Part shown: piece by piece, positions 34,217 to 47,107 of the stretch
How the letters are laid out: each line of letters begins with the position of its first letter
Position numbering within the stretch: position 1 is the stretch's first letter
NCBI RefSeq assembly: GCF_009914755.1
Contig: NC_060926.1
Strand: one strand, 5' to 3'
Length of the DNA stretch: 64,000 bases
From: the human T2T-CHM13v2.0 reference genome, Homo sapiens
Program-made: the position numbers and the translations under genes
The notes under the pieces: model-generated
Databases searched by the model: none
What the model was told of the DNA's origin: nothing
The model's input: the letters and a program-made list of their open reading frames with translations, nothing else

Positions 34217-34533
34217 TGTGATAGGCTGAATAATGGTCCCCAAAGATATTCAGATTCCAATCTCTGGAATCTATGAATGTTACCTTATATGACAAAAGAG
34301 ACTTTGCAGATGTGAAAAAATTGAAGATTTTGAGTACATGAGATTACCCTATATTTATCAGATCTGTTCTAAATGTAGTCACAACTGTCCTTATAAGAGG
34401 AACACCATGATTTTAGCCCAGTCTGACTCATTTTGTACTTTTGACCTACATAACTGTAAGATAATAAATTTCTGTTGCTTTATGCCACTAAGTTTGTGGT
34501 ACTGTGTTGCAGCAGCAATAGGAAATTAATACA
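34217..34533 (+). mobile_element. MLT1C/D-like LTR, internally deleted
   Basis: tgtgataggctgaataatggtcccc...gaatgttaccttat...gcagcaataggaaattaataca. Confidence 0.75.
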
Positions 34534-35054
34534 GTCCACTACTTCATTCCTTTCCTTTGTATCTTTATCCTCTCTCTTCTTTCAGGCCATTTCCTGTTAG
34601 CAGGTAAACATGCTTAAGAGTTTCCTTTTAAAAAACAACATTAATAAACAAAAAACCACAGAATTTCCTACCTCTACCTGCTCAGCTCTAGCTACCATCC
34701 CTTTTTATATAGTCCTTTTAACAACTAAGGCTTGTTATTTTTATTATTTCCTTCTCATCTCTCATCTACTCAAATCTTCTGCCAACTCTCGTCAACTTCT
34801 TTTTTCCTTAGTAAACTGCTTTCAATATTTGGCAAGGTGCTCTTATTCTTAATTCCAGTATATTATTTTTACTTCTACCCTTTTCAACCTCTTTGTTAAT
34901 CAGTTGATTTCCCCATTCTGGTGATATTCTCTCCCCTTGGGTTCTATGATACCACATTTTTAAAAAATTACATATTTGCTCTCTGACCGTTCTTCTTTAT
35001 TCTCCTTTATGGGCTACATTTTTCTCATGGCTTTTTCTTGGTGCAATTTTTTAA

Positions 35055-35367
35055 ATTTATTATTATTATGATGATTATTATTATTTTGAGACAGGGTCTC
35101 CCTCTATTGCCCAGGCTGGAGTGTAGTGGCACAATCATGGTTCACTGCAACCCTAACCTCCCGGGCTCAAGTAATCCTCACACCTCAGCCTCCTGAGTAG
35201 CTGGGACTATAGGTGCATGCTACCACACTTGGCTAATTTTGTTATTTTTTGTACAGATGAGGTCTCACCATGTTGCCCAGGATGGTATCAAACTCCTGGG
35301 TTCAAGCAATCCGCCTTCCTCAGCCTCCCAAAACTCTGAGATCATAGGCGTGAGCCATTGTGCCTTG
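35055..35367 (-). mobile_element. AluJ
   Basis: Antisense Alu with J features (gacagggtctc, gctcaagtaatcctc); (TTA)n tail. Confidence 0.93.
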
Positions 35368-36499
35368 CTTTATTAGTGTTGTTAACAGGGCTCTACTTTT
35401 TTCTCATTCTACATATTCTTTTACAGTTATCTTAGCTATTTCCCAAAACTTTCTATTTGACACTCTTAGTACTCACCTGGACAAATATACTCTGTTCTGT
35501 ACACCTTATTGTCATGCTAAGGTGTCCTGAGTTGGAAAGACAGGCTCTCTTGTCCTGCTCCATGGCACACTCATGTCCGACTGCAGTGATTAACTGTATT
35601 GGATTTGGTGTCACTGAACTGATTTTGAATTCTGACCTTGCTTTTTTCCTACCTGAAATAGCAAGTGATTTACCACCTGAATGTGTAAAACAGTATAAAC
35701 CCACTAAACTGTATTAATTAAATGAGATAATGCACATCAAGTACAACGCATAGTACCTGGCATATAGGGGGTTAATAAATGTGGGCAAATATTAGTATCG
35801 CTAGCTTCTTCTTTTCCTCTCTAAGTTCTGTTTCTGCTGGTAATTCTACCATGGAACTTCTCTTTTCCATTGCTGTTGTTGTAGTAGTTTCTAATGTCTC
35901 CTACAACGTTTGATGTTCACAGCCCACCATTGCCACCCCCACTCCTCTTTTTATTTTTCTGCTTCACCTTTCCTATTACTCTTGTATTATTTTTATTTTT
36001 CCCCCATTTTCCCCATTATTCCCACATTCTTTATTTTTTCTGTTTTCCTTACGTTGTTCTCCTTCTCCTCCACCTTTTATTTTTTCTGAATTTGCACATC
36101 TCAACAAATAGTCCAGACCACTCTTTGCAGACTTCTTCATTGCCAGGATCTGCTTCTTAGTTTTCATAGTTACTGTTTACTTTTTCATTATGATTTATAG
36201 TAAAGATGGGAAGAAAATGACTAGTGGCAGGCCTGCAGGCCTTTCTTAACTAAAGACAGCCCTAGAAAAGAAATTTAAAGAAAATTTCTCAAAACATGTT
36301 AGTGACAGACCACCTGGCAAATACTAATAATATGGGCTAATGGGAGAGTCCTTATCTATGGACTGCTGCAGCAGGATGTCTAGTATGCTTATGGAAAACA
36401 AATCTAGAACCTACGGATTTATGTGTCATGGCCCCTGGAAATGTATATACCCTATGTAACTATCCTAATATAAAATTTAAATGTTTCATACCAAAATAG

Positions 36500-36770
36500 C
36501 TTCCTTTTGTGTAAGTTATGTGACTATGCACATTCCATAGCAGCTTTGTTTGTTAAATCTGGGCCACTGTGTCCTGATGTGATAAGAAAGGCCTGGGAAT
36601 TTGTCATTGTCTTTCTGGATCTTTCCCTGCTTTGTCTGTGCTGTTTGATTACATTTGTCCTTGAAGTCATCAGTAAAGCTTGATACTAAGTAAGGTTTAT
36701 AATTTGTGTGAGTCTGATAGGACAGCTTGAATCCTTCCTTGTGTTTTCTCATTGGATATGGTGGCATTCC
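36500..36770 (-). mobile_element. Ancient CR1/L3-like LINE RT remnant
   Basis: The minus-strand ORF 36516-36767 contains SSFTDDFK...KIQKDNDKF...RFNKQSC, spaced like the CR1 RT motifs SKFADDTK...IQxDLDxL...MxFNxxKC. Confidence 0.5.
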
Positions 36771-37672
36771 AGATGATTACAGTTGTTAGGAAATTTCTCT
36801 CTGGATATCTGAAGCAATAGTAGGCTATGATTCCAACATATCTATCTGTCATGATTACAGTTCTCTTTGTGGTAATATATTATCATATGTAATTCAGTAA
36901 AGAAATGTGTATACATGCATGTAATACATCAATGTCTATATCTCTGGGTCCATACAATGCCATAAGAGCAAATGTCAATCTAAGCATTGATTTGATGTTA
37001 TAGAGCCTCTAGAATTTTTGACTGCTAAAAAAAAAAAACAAATAATTTGTTAATTTGGTTTCTATTTAAGAAACCATTTCCATAGAAATAGATGCAGTTC
37101 TTTTACTGAATTACATATGAATCAAATTCACAAATAAAGTTAGCTCACTTTAAAATCATCTAATCTCCTTTTAAAATGTATGACATAAATTATTTAGGTG
37201 TTATTTATAAGAGGTGGAAATATAACACATCATATTTATATCCTTTTTTTGCTGTAATGATGAATATTACAATTTCTTGAGTGTGCTATTTTCCAGACAA
37301 ATGTGTATTCCATTGTATTGTCATTAGAACCATAACATTTTCTAGAATGTTACTTACATCTTAATGAAGGGATAATCATGCTATGAAGCTTTTATATTTT
37401 CAACATTACATTTATTTCTCAGTAATTCTCTCACTTTGCAGAAATGATTTTCATTCTTTTACATTTTTAATGTGTGATGTACCTAATGGAAAATAAAGAT
37501 AATGCTAAATGAAAATGAGTGTTATTCATTGATAAGAATTCAATTAATCTATACAAAGGTCCCTTTCATTACCTCTTTTACAGATTTTTAAAAATTCTCT
37601 ATTTCTTTTATAAGGTTTCCTTAGATATTCTCTATCATTGTTTTTCTTTGTGCATTTAAAAAAGATGATCTA

Positions 37673-38074
<402 letters not shown>

Positions 38075-38191
38075 AAGATGATCTTATAGGAAGGGGATAC
38101 TACAGTCTGTAAGGACGTAGGAGTCTCAAAAATCATTTGAGTTCAAAAGAAATAGCATTTAATAACAATTACAATGTAATAACAATGATAA

Positions 38192-39393
38192 CGAGAGGTG
38201 CCAACGTGCTAGCAGCCCTCACTCACTCTTGGCGCCTCCTCGGTCTCGGTGTCCACTCTGGCCACGCTTGAGGAGTCCTTCAGCCCGCTGCTGCACTGTG
38301 GGAGCCCCTCTCTGGGCTGGCCAAGGCCAGAGCCAGCTCCCTCTGCTTGTGGGGAGGTGTGGAGGGCGCTGCTCTGTGGCGCCTGGTCCCATCGACCTTC
38401 CAAGGGCTGAGGAGTGCAGGTGCGTGGCGCGGGACTGGTAGGCAGCTCCACCCGCAGCCCTGGCGCAGGATCCACTAGGCGAAGCTAGCTGGGCTCCTGA
38501 GTCGGGTAGGGACTTGGAGAACTTTTATGTCTAGCCGGAGGATTGTATATGCACCAATCAGCACTCTATGTCTAGCTCAGGGATTGTAAACGCACCAATC
38601 AGCACTCTGTGTCTAGCTCAAGGTTTGTAAACGTGACAATCAGCACTCTGTGTCTAGCTCAGGGATTGTAAACACACCAAGCAGCACTCTGTGTCTAGCT
38701 CAAGGTTTGTAAATGCACCAATCAGTGCTCTGTGTCTAGCTAATCTAGTGGGGACTTGGAGAACTTTTGTGTCTAGCTAAAGGATTATAAATGCACCAAT
38801 CAGCACTTTGTGTCTAGCTGAAGGTTTGTAAACTCACTAATCAATGCTCTGTGTCTAGCTAATCTAGTGGGGACTTGGAGAACTTTTATGTCTAGCTAGA
38901 GGATTGTAAATGCACCAATCAGCGCTCTGTGTCTAGCTTAGGGATCGTAAACACTCCAATCAGCTCTCTGTAAAACGGACCAATCAGCTGTCTGTAAAGT
39001 GGACCAATCAGCTCTCAGTAAAATGGACCAATCAGCTCTCTGTAAAATGGACCAATCAGCAGGATGTGGGTGGGGCCAGATAAGGGAATAAAAGCAGGCT
39101 GCCCGAGCCAGCTGCGGCAACCCGCTTGGGTCTCTTTTCATGCTGTGGAAGGTTTGTTCTTTCACTTTTTGCAATAAATCTTGCTGCTGCTGTTTGGGTC
39201 CATGCAGCATTTATGAGCTGTAACACTCACCGCGAAGGTCTGCACCTTCACTTCTGAGGCCAGTGAGACCACGAACTCACCAAAAGGAACAAACAACTCC
39301 AGCCACACCATCTTTAAGAACTGTAACGCCGCGAGGGTCCACAGCTTCATTCTTGAAGTTGGCGAGACCAAGAACCCACCAGTTCCGGACACA
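38192..39393 (+). mobile_element. ERV9 solo LTR (LTR12 family)
   Basis: cgagaggtg...ccggacaca; TSD ataa at 38188-38191 and 39394-39397; CCAAT-containing tandem repeats; promoter gataagggaataaaa; poly(A) signal AATAAA at 39173. Confidence 0.95.
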
Positions 39394-39734
39394 ATAATAT
39401 TTCATCTTTGTATAGTCTTTTTAATTTTTCAAAATTATTTCATCATATGATACTTCCAATATACAACTATCCGTAATCTATGACACATAGAAGCTGAGAC
39501 CTCAAAATGTTCCAGTACAGTGAATTACAAGGGAGTGTAATTTGACACATTAAAATCTCAAAATGTATTTTATTTTGACTGTTCTTTGAAAAGGCCTATT
39601 TCTAGAGTTGATATATATCAAGAAGATTTAAGATTGGCATGGAAAACAACAAGCTGCTAATGGGAAGGGAAGCCTAACAATAGTACTAGCACTCAGACCC
39701 AAGGAGGTGGGCTTCTCTTTGGGTTTTGCCGTGA

Positions 39735-40084
39735 CTGTGTTAGTGTTCATCCACGCGCTCTACCCTTCTATGTGGGAGGATTATACCTGCCCACAATGTG
39801 AAACTCAGGTGTGCTCATGTGATATGGTCCATGAAATGTCCATAGAAGTGGAGGGTGTCACTTCCTGGAAGACGTTTTAATGGTCAGTACACACTTTGCC
39901 ATTCTCTTTTTCCCTCTCCTGTGATAATAGACATAGTGGGTTCCAAAAGATGACATGACAGAGCTGCAGCCAACCAATAACGGACATGGAGGAAGAGTGA
40001 GATCTAAACCTGAGTGTTATAGGTCTCTGATATTTGGGAATCATTTGTTAGTGAAGCACAACCTAGACTGTCTTGACTGATACA
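39735..40084 (+). mobile_element. MLT1I/J-like LTR
   Basis: catgtgatatggtccatgaaatg...gaagtggagggtgtcacttcctgg...agcacaacctagactgtcttgactgataca. Confidence 0.65.
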
Positions 40085-40117
40085 GGTTTGCTCAAAGATT
40101 ATTAGGAACTTGGCTGT

Positions 40118-40178
40118 CCTGTTCTCCAGCATTGTCCTTTCCTTTTTCATGTTCTCACCTAAATGTGGTCACAAAATA
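40118..40178 (+). repeat. 61-bp direct repeat, copy 1
   Basis: Matches 41479-41539 at 58 of 61 positions. Confidence 0.95.
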
Positions 40179-40393
40179 CTCTTGTTGATTCTCCAGCGCA
40201 GAGAGAGCACCAACGTTTTAAAGACTTTACTAAAATTATGTCTCAGAAAACTGTGAAACAAACCCAGGGCCTAGTATAATTCACTGTATTTTTGCAGATT
40301 CCTCAATTCCATATGGAACCCCAAGATAAAAACATCTTGATGGAAGTCTAGTCTTTCATGCTCCTGGCTAGGAATCAAACGGCTCTTACCATA

Positions 40394-40785
40394 TGTGGCA
40401 GACACCACAGAGATGCACCAATCAGCTCCCCTTTCAAGAAAAGACTCATTGTCCATCTGTGAGGGCCATCTGTGAACTTCGCAAGTCCATCTCAGCTTGA
40501 GCGGAGGTCATGCTCTCCTCAGAGTAACCTCAGTCAGTGACTAAGCAAGAATGTGGTGCAAGCACCTAGCCATTTCTTTTCAACAGGGGACTTCTGTAAA
40601 AGGTGATCTTTGCTCTGAGGCTGTCTGCTGGGCTGGCAGATACGTTGTCAGATCTGCATTGCAGTCTGGCAGATCCTCCTACCCAATCCTGCATTCCCCT
40701 TGTTTCTTCACAGATATTACCTTCCAAGATATTTTGTACTCCTAAATTCAGCTCAGCGTCTGTTTCTGTGAGTGGGAAAAGAAAC
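40394..40785 (+). mobile_element. LTR16-like ERVL LTR
   Basis: tgtggcagacacc...acccaatcctgcattcccct...ctcagcgtctgtttc. Confidence 0.5.
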
Positions 40786-41478
40786 TTACATAAGATCTAC
40801 CTACTTATTGAGAGTGTTCTCCTAGATATAAAGTCAAAGATGAGAGTGCCCCATCCCCTTGTTCTTCTGGCTGTTCTCAGTACCTGTTCCCTGTCTGTGT
40901 TTATTCACTGGGCAGCCTTATCATCAGAAAGACAATCATGCACTATAATAGAACAATATCTTATAACAGCCATATAACAATATAACATACATCCTTAATT
41001 CTGTCAGGATTTTGAAATGAAATGTTCTCCTTGATAATTTTCTCAAGTGTAAAGTGGGAATAATAAAAGTAATTTTCTCACAGAGTTGTGAGAATAATTA
41101 ATAGCCAAAGTTTATTAAGTGTTCACTTTATGTCAGGCTTTACAGGCACTACAGTATTTCATTTTATTCAATAGGTGAGGCTATTGGGGCAAAGAAAGGA
41201 TAAGTAACATATAGCTAATGATAGGCTGAGTGGGAACTGGGGTCTACACAGAGTGACATCACAGCCCACTTACACAATTACTCTCTGCTACTCTGTCTCT
41301 CAAAGAGATCTGTCAAGACCTTAGCAACGTGCCTGCATGGATTAAGCTTACCATTTGTTGGAGTAGGCACCCCACAAATGTTAACCACTATGATTACTTA
41401 TTCATTTTCAAAGTTGAACAAATAAAAAAAAAACCCTGAATAATTCAAATACAAAGAAATAAAGGTCCTTTTAAGCTA

Positions 41479-41539
41479 CCTGTTCTCCAGCGTTGTCCCT
41501 TCCTTTTTCATGTTCTCACCTAAATGTGGTCATAAAATA
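41479..41539 (+). repeat. 61-bp direct repeat, copy 2
   Basis: cctgttctccagcgttgtcccttcctttttcatgttctcacctaaatgtggtcataaaata. Confidence 0.95.
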
Positions 41540-41778
41540 AGCCAAGTCAATGAGTTTGGACTTTATCTTTTGGGCATTGAAGAGTTATTGGAGAGTATTA
41601 AGAATGGACTGACATTTAGATTCACAGATTAAAAAGGTGACTCTATTTGTAGTGCAGTCAATGAAAGGAACTGATGCATAAAGTGGGGTAAGGGAATGGT
41701 AGAATTTGTCCAGACGAAAAGCGAAGTCTGCCTGAACTACGGTAGTGGCAACAGGAATTAGAAAAAAAAAATTAAATA

Positions 41779-42138
<360 letters not shown>

Positions 42139-42594
42139 TTAATTGATTTAAAGTGTCACACTGGTTTGGACACTTCATCTGGATGGGCTTCAGTTGATTT
42201 ATTTGTGAAAATCTTTTGGATGAGATGGTTGCTAAAGTGGTTTTTTTGTTTGTTTTGTTTTTTCCAATTGGCATCTCTTAAGAGGGAGCTGGAGGTAGAA
42301 AGGGTGGGGGAAAGAAGGAAACAGAGTAGGTAGAATTGTAGGAATAAATATAGTGAAAAACTTTTGGAATGACTTTGGTTTGGAAACTTGGTGCATTTAT
42401 AACATTATTAAGAAAATTTTTTTAGGCAAAAATCTAAATAAAATGCCTTTAACATCCAGCTTTATGTTCCCCTAATTTTCCAATTTACTTCTAAACTCCC
42501 TTAAAGCAATACATTTATCTAGTCTTTTGAAAGAGAATTTATAACATCTTGGAGCTCTCAAATAAAAAGAGGAGAGCCAATCATGGTGGAGGGT

Positions 42595-42620
42595 TTGTTG
42601 TTGTTGTTGTTGTTGTTGTT
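42595..42620. repeat. (TTG)n microsatellite
   Basis: ttgttgttgttgttgttgttgttgtt. Confidence 0.9.
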
Positions 42621-43479
42621 AAGTATAAGAAGCATTAAGCAAGCTCCCAATGAAACCAAGTTTTCTTTTTAAAAATCCTACAATTTATGCAAATCCCATA
42701 TGGGATTTATGCAAATTCCATACGCTTTGGTAGTCAGGGCAAATAGATATTTGCCATAAAGAGAAGTGAGTTGAGTCTATCTTGCAAACAATATAGATAA
42801 TTGCAGAGAAAGTAAGGAAACAAGCTGCACTTTACTATTTTATGCTTTGGCAAATTGTGTTGCATTGTTATATACCTGGCAAAAGAAAGTGTATCATTTT
42901 GGAAATTGCTGCTGAGTGTGGTTATTGTGCACAACCACAGCAGAGATTTTGAAGTCATCATGGAGCCGAGGTGGCAGGGTCACTACGTGTTCTCACTACC
43001 AGGGCTATCTGTTAGAGTCTGCTGAATAGCTGGCATCAATTTCAGGAGGCAGGAGGCAGAAAAGTGCTGGACTCTATCCTCATTTGGCAAAGCTTTGAAG
43101 GATAATGGTTGAGTGAATAAAACTTCTACTAGCTTACTTTCATTTCTAGAACTTCATGTTATTTCTGTGAATATTGAATTAAACGAGAAGGCTAAGAAAT
43201 AATTGAATTCAAACATATTTATCATTCTAAATTTTTTTTGGAAAGAATTTATATTTTAAAGTAATATCAGTAAATGTAAATGGAGCAATGAAGATTAATG
43301 CAATTCTAAATATTTACCCTAGTGGGACACCATCACTTCTTGCCTCAAATACTGAAATTGTCTCCTTAGCTCCCATTTTTGCATTCTGAAGTTTTTCTAC
43401 ACAATGTAGTCAGATTTTTCTGAAATCAAAATTGGATCACGGCACTCCCTATTTAAAAACCTTTGGTAGATTAATTAAT

Positions 43480-43975
43480 TAACTAATGCTACATCATAAC
43501 TCACTAAAACTTAGTTTTTCGGAATGAAAACTTTTTGTTTTTTTTCCTCACAGTTTCTGTGGGTCCACAACTCCAGAGTGGCTTAGCTTGGGGGTTATGG
43601 CTTGAAGTTTCATGAGATTATACTCACTGTCTGTAGCTACAGATATATTTGAAGGCTTGACTGAAGCTAGAGAATCTGCTTCTAGTCATTAACATGGCGG
43701 TCAAGTTGCTGATGACAAGTTGTTTTTTTCTCCACAGGGTTGCTTGAGTGTCCTCACAACAAGGTGGCTAGCTTACCCCAGAGTAAGTGATATTTAAAAA
43801 GCAAGGCAGAATTCTTCACTGATTTTTGTGACTAACCTCAGAACTTATTTCATCACTTCTGTCATATTCTATTGGTCACATAGGCCAGTACTGTTTCACT
43901 GTGGGAGGTGACTATACAAGGATGTGAAAAACGGGAAGCAAAGATTATTAGGCACCATCTTGAAGGCTTAATATC
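43480..43975 (-). mobile_element. MLT1 (E/F/G-like) LTR inside an L2
   Basis: ctcacagtttctgtgggt...tgaaggcttgactg...ttgcttgagtgtcctcacaac...cacttctgtcatattctattggtca. Confidence 0.65.
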
Positions 43976-45224
43976 ACAGTTGGTTTTCATTTACTTTGGG
44001 ATAAAGTTCAAATTTTTAGACACTGCTTACAAAACCTGTCATGATATGACAATTTCTTACCTCTTCAACTTCATCCTGCCCCTCATGAATCATGTTCAAG
44101 CCATTAAAAACGTATTTCTTCAGTTCTTCTAATGCACTACACTGTTTTCACTCTCTTGTTGGATCTTTTTTCCCATCCTTTAAATTGACTCACTGTTACT
44201 CACTCTTCATGTCAAGTTATTAGAAATTCTCTTTCTCAAAAGTTTCCATTTGACTTCCAAATCATGGATTAGTCACTTGGTTTTGTGAACCCCTAACATC
44301 TTGTCTGTCTTAATTATAGCATTTATTGCACTTACTTTTTTATAATTATTATTTTTTCATTGTGTACCCTAGTAGATTGATATGAAAGTAGGTGCTCTGC
44401 ATATATGTGTGTGTATATGTATATATGTCATTCTGCCTCATTGCCTATCATGTGCCTAAAATGTAGGAATATTTATTGAATGAATGATTCAATAAATGAA
44501 TGAGAGACTATCTTGACTCTCACTCAGTAAGTGATATTTACCCTAATTTTCTAAGGTGATGGAAAAAAATCTAATAAACTCACCTATAATTACTTTTTTG
44601 TTAGCTTATATCTCTTTATAAACCCAAACAGAAAAGAACAATCTGATATACTGATACTGGGGTTTGGTTCCATGTGTGATAATACTGGTAATTTGTTGAA
44701 TCTGGAGATATAGATCCTATATTTATCTTCTAATGAACAATGATAGAGTAATGAAAATGTTTTTATCTTTCTAGGTTACAAATCAATACTATGACATATG
44801 AGAGTCAGTGAAAGTCAATAAAGATTTTCTACCAAACTATTTTTTTCTCTCAAAACTGTGAAATTACAATACTATGGTTAAAATAGACTGATCCAAAATT
44901 TTTATATCATTACATTTAGTAATGCCTACATATTATTTTCCATAGACCAGTTTTAAAGATGAACAAAATATTACATAGCAAAATATAGTGTTACTTATTA
45001 ACTGTACAAAACAAAGATCAGTTGAAAAGATTTCAATGAATTTTAAATGCTCCCATTAGGTATGTCATTTTCCCCTTCTAACATGCCACCTAAAATAACC
45101 AGATCACTATTGACAATAAAATATCCTATACTGCATACCATTTATAGAAATAGTAGCACTTAAGAAGAGTATGTCAGTGGTAAAATTTCAGTCAAAGATT
45201 TCAATATTTTAAAAGTATTGGGGT

Positions 45225-45602
45225 GGCCGGGCATGGTGGCTCATGCCTGTAATCCCAGCACGTTAGGAAGTCGAGGCGGGTAGATCACCTGAGGTCAGGA
45301 GTTCAAGACCAGCCTGGGCTGGGTGTGGTGGCTCACGCCTGTAATCCCAGCACTTTTGGAAGCCAAGGTGGGTGGATCACAAGGTCAGGAGTTCAAGATC
45401 AGCCTGGCAAACATGGTGAAACCCCTACTAAAAATAGTATTTGAAATCTCTACTAAAAATACAAAAAAATTAGGCAGGTGTTATGGCACACACCGCAGGA
45501 GAATCACTTGAACCCAGGAGGCAGAGGCTGCAGTGAGCCGAGACCATGCCATTGCACTCCAGTCTGGGTGACAAAGTGAGACTCCATCCAAAAAGGGGGG
45601 AA
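45225..45602 (+). mobile_element. Composite Alu: partial left arm plus rearranged AluS
   Basis: Partial arm 45225-45316 ends ttcaagaccagcctg; the second Alu starts at 45317; outer TSD aaaagta(t/c)tggggt at 45211-45224 and 45603-45616. Confidence 0.92.
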
Positions 45603-46791
45603 AAAAGTACTGGGGTATCTATTTCTCCCAAAATGTTAAATGGCAAGTGAGTGGAGGGAAACAGAAGGGGATAGTTCATGTCCCATCTTACTGGTTTACA
45701 ACTGGGAAAGCAGAGTAAGATCTTCATGTGGGTTGATGTGATATCTGTATATATCAGCAGACATAACAGAATCTTCTTGTTGGCCTATCCTGTTTAGACT
45801 AACATTATGGTATTAGTTCCTTTGGGGCTCACATTTATTCTCTGACTGCCCTCTAGCAAAACTTATGGGGCAGACACTTTGGTAAAAGGTCCCAAACTAT
45901 AATGATTACCTTATATTTTGTCAGTGCACCATTGGCATTGAACAAAATTTAGTACATTATTTAATAACCATGGTAGTTCATGGCAATCCATGGCCCTCTT
46001 GCATATTGGCAAAGTTGAAACATCAAGTAATCTACATTTTAAAAAATGTCTTTGATCCTTTCTCGTTTGAAATATGGATGTAACAGGTGCAATGGAAAAG
46101 GAAGGTGTGAGAGTCCTTTCTATAATGTTTACATAACGTCTGTCTATAGGAGGGACAAGACATTCCCTTCGAGATTTGGGGGTATTTGGACATAGTCTTG
46201 CAAATTCACAAATATCTTATGAAAGAAAAAAGAATTAGGAAACACTTATGGAATATTTCAAGCTATAATTCAGTTAATCAAAGTTTTAAATTATGTTTCA
46301 TGTACCTATGATTAAAAGAGCTTTAATTGATTAAACAGGGGTTCATTTTACTTTTGTTAACTTGACACATACTACAAAAAATTCAAGATACTAGGAGGGA
46401 AAAAATAAACACTATCAAAAGCTATGTTGTGGACCTTACTCTGTTTTTTTCAAGTATACAGGTAGAATTTTACTAACCAATAAAGAAAAGTTATAAAAAA
46501 ACATGGAGAATATAGTTCTTTTTATATACCTGATGCCCCATCCTCCAGTCCCTCTTAAAGAGATAGAGTGGTGACACACACTTCCTTCAAAGGCTGACAA
46601 AGAATATTTGATTTCATAATGTTTAAGGTCATTTCTCAGAATACACAGGTTTGACCATTGCCTAAATGCTAATCATTAATTCAAAGGCTATATTTTATTT
46701 TTTAAAGAAAGTTTATTATAGTTTGTGTATTTTGCTATTGAAATCAATGTGTAAGTGCAAGTTACTGTACACAAATTTAGAAGTTATAGGA

Positions 46792-47107
<316 letters not shown>

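Noticed and set aside
38520-39060. Regularly spaced repeats as a CRISPR-like array (also 55795-56320)
   Set aside because: These are the tandem CCAAT enhancer units of ERV9 LTR12. There are no unique spacers or cas genes, and the DNA is primate.
43738-43782. 45-nt micro-exon (tccacag| ... |gtaagt)
   Set aside because: It lies inside an antisense MLT1 LTR where such motifs occur by chance, and nothing else in the sequence supports it.
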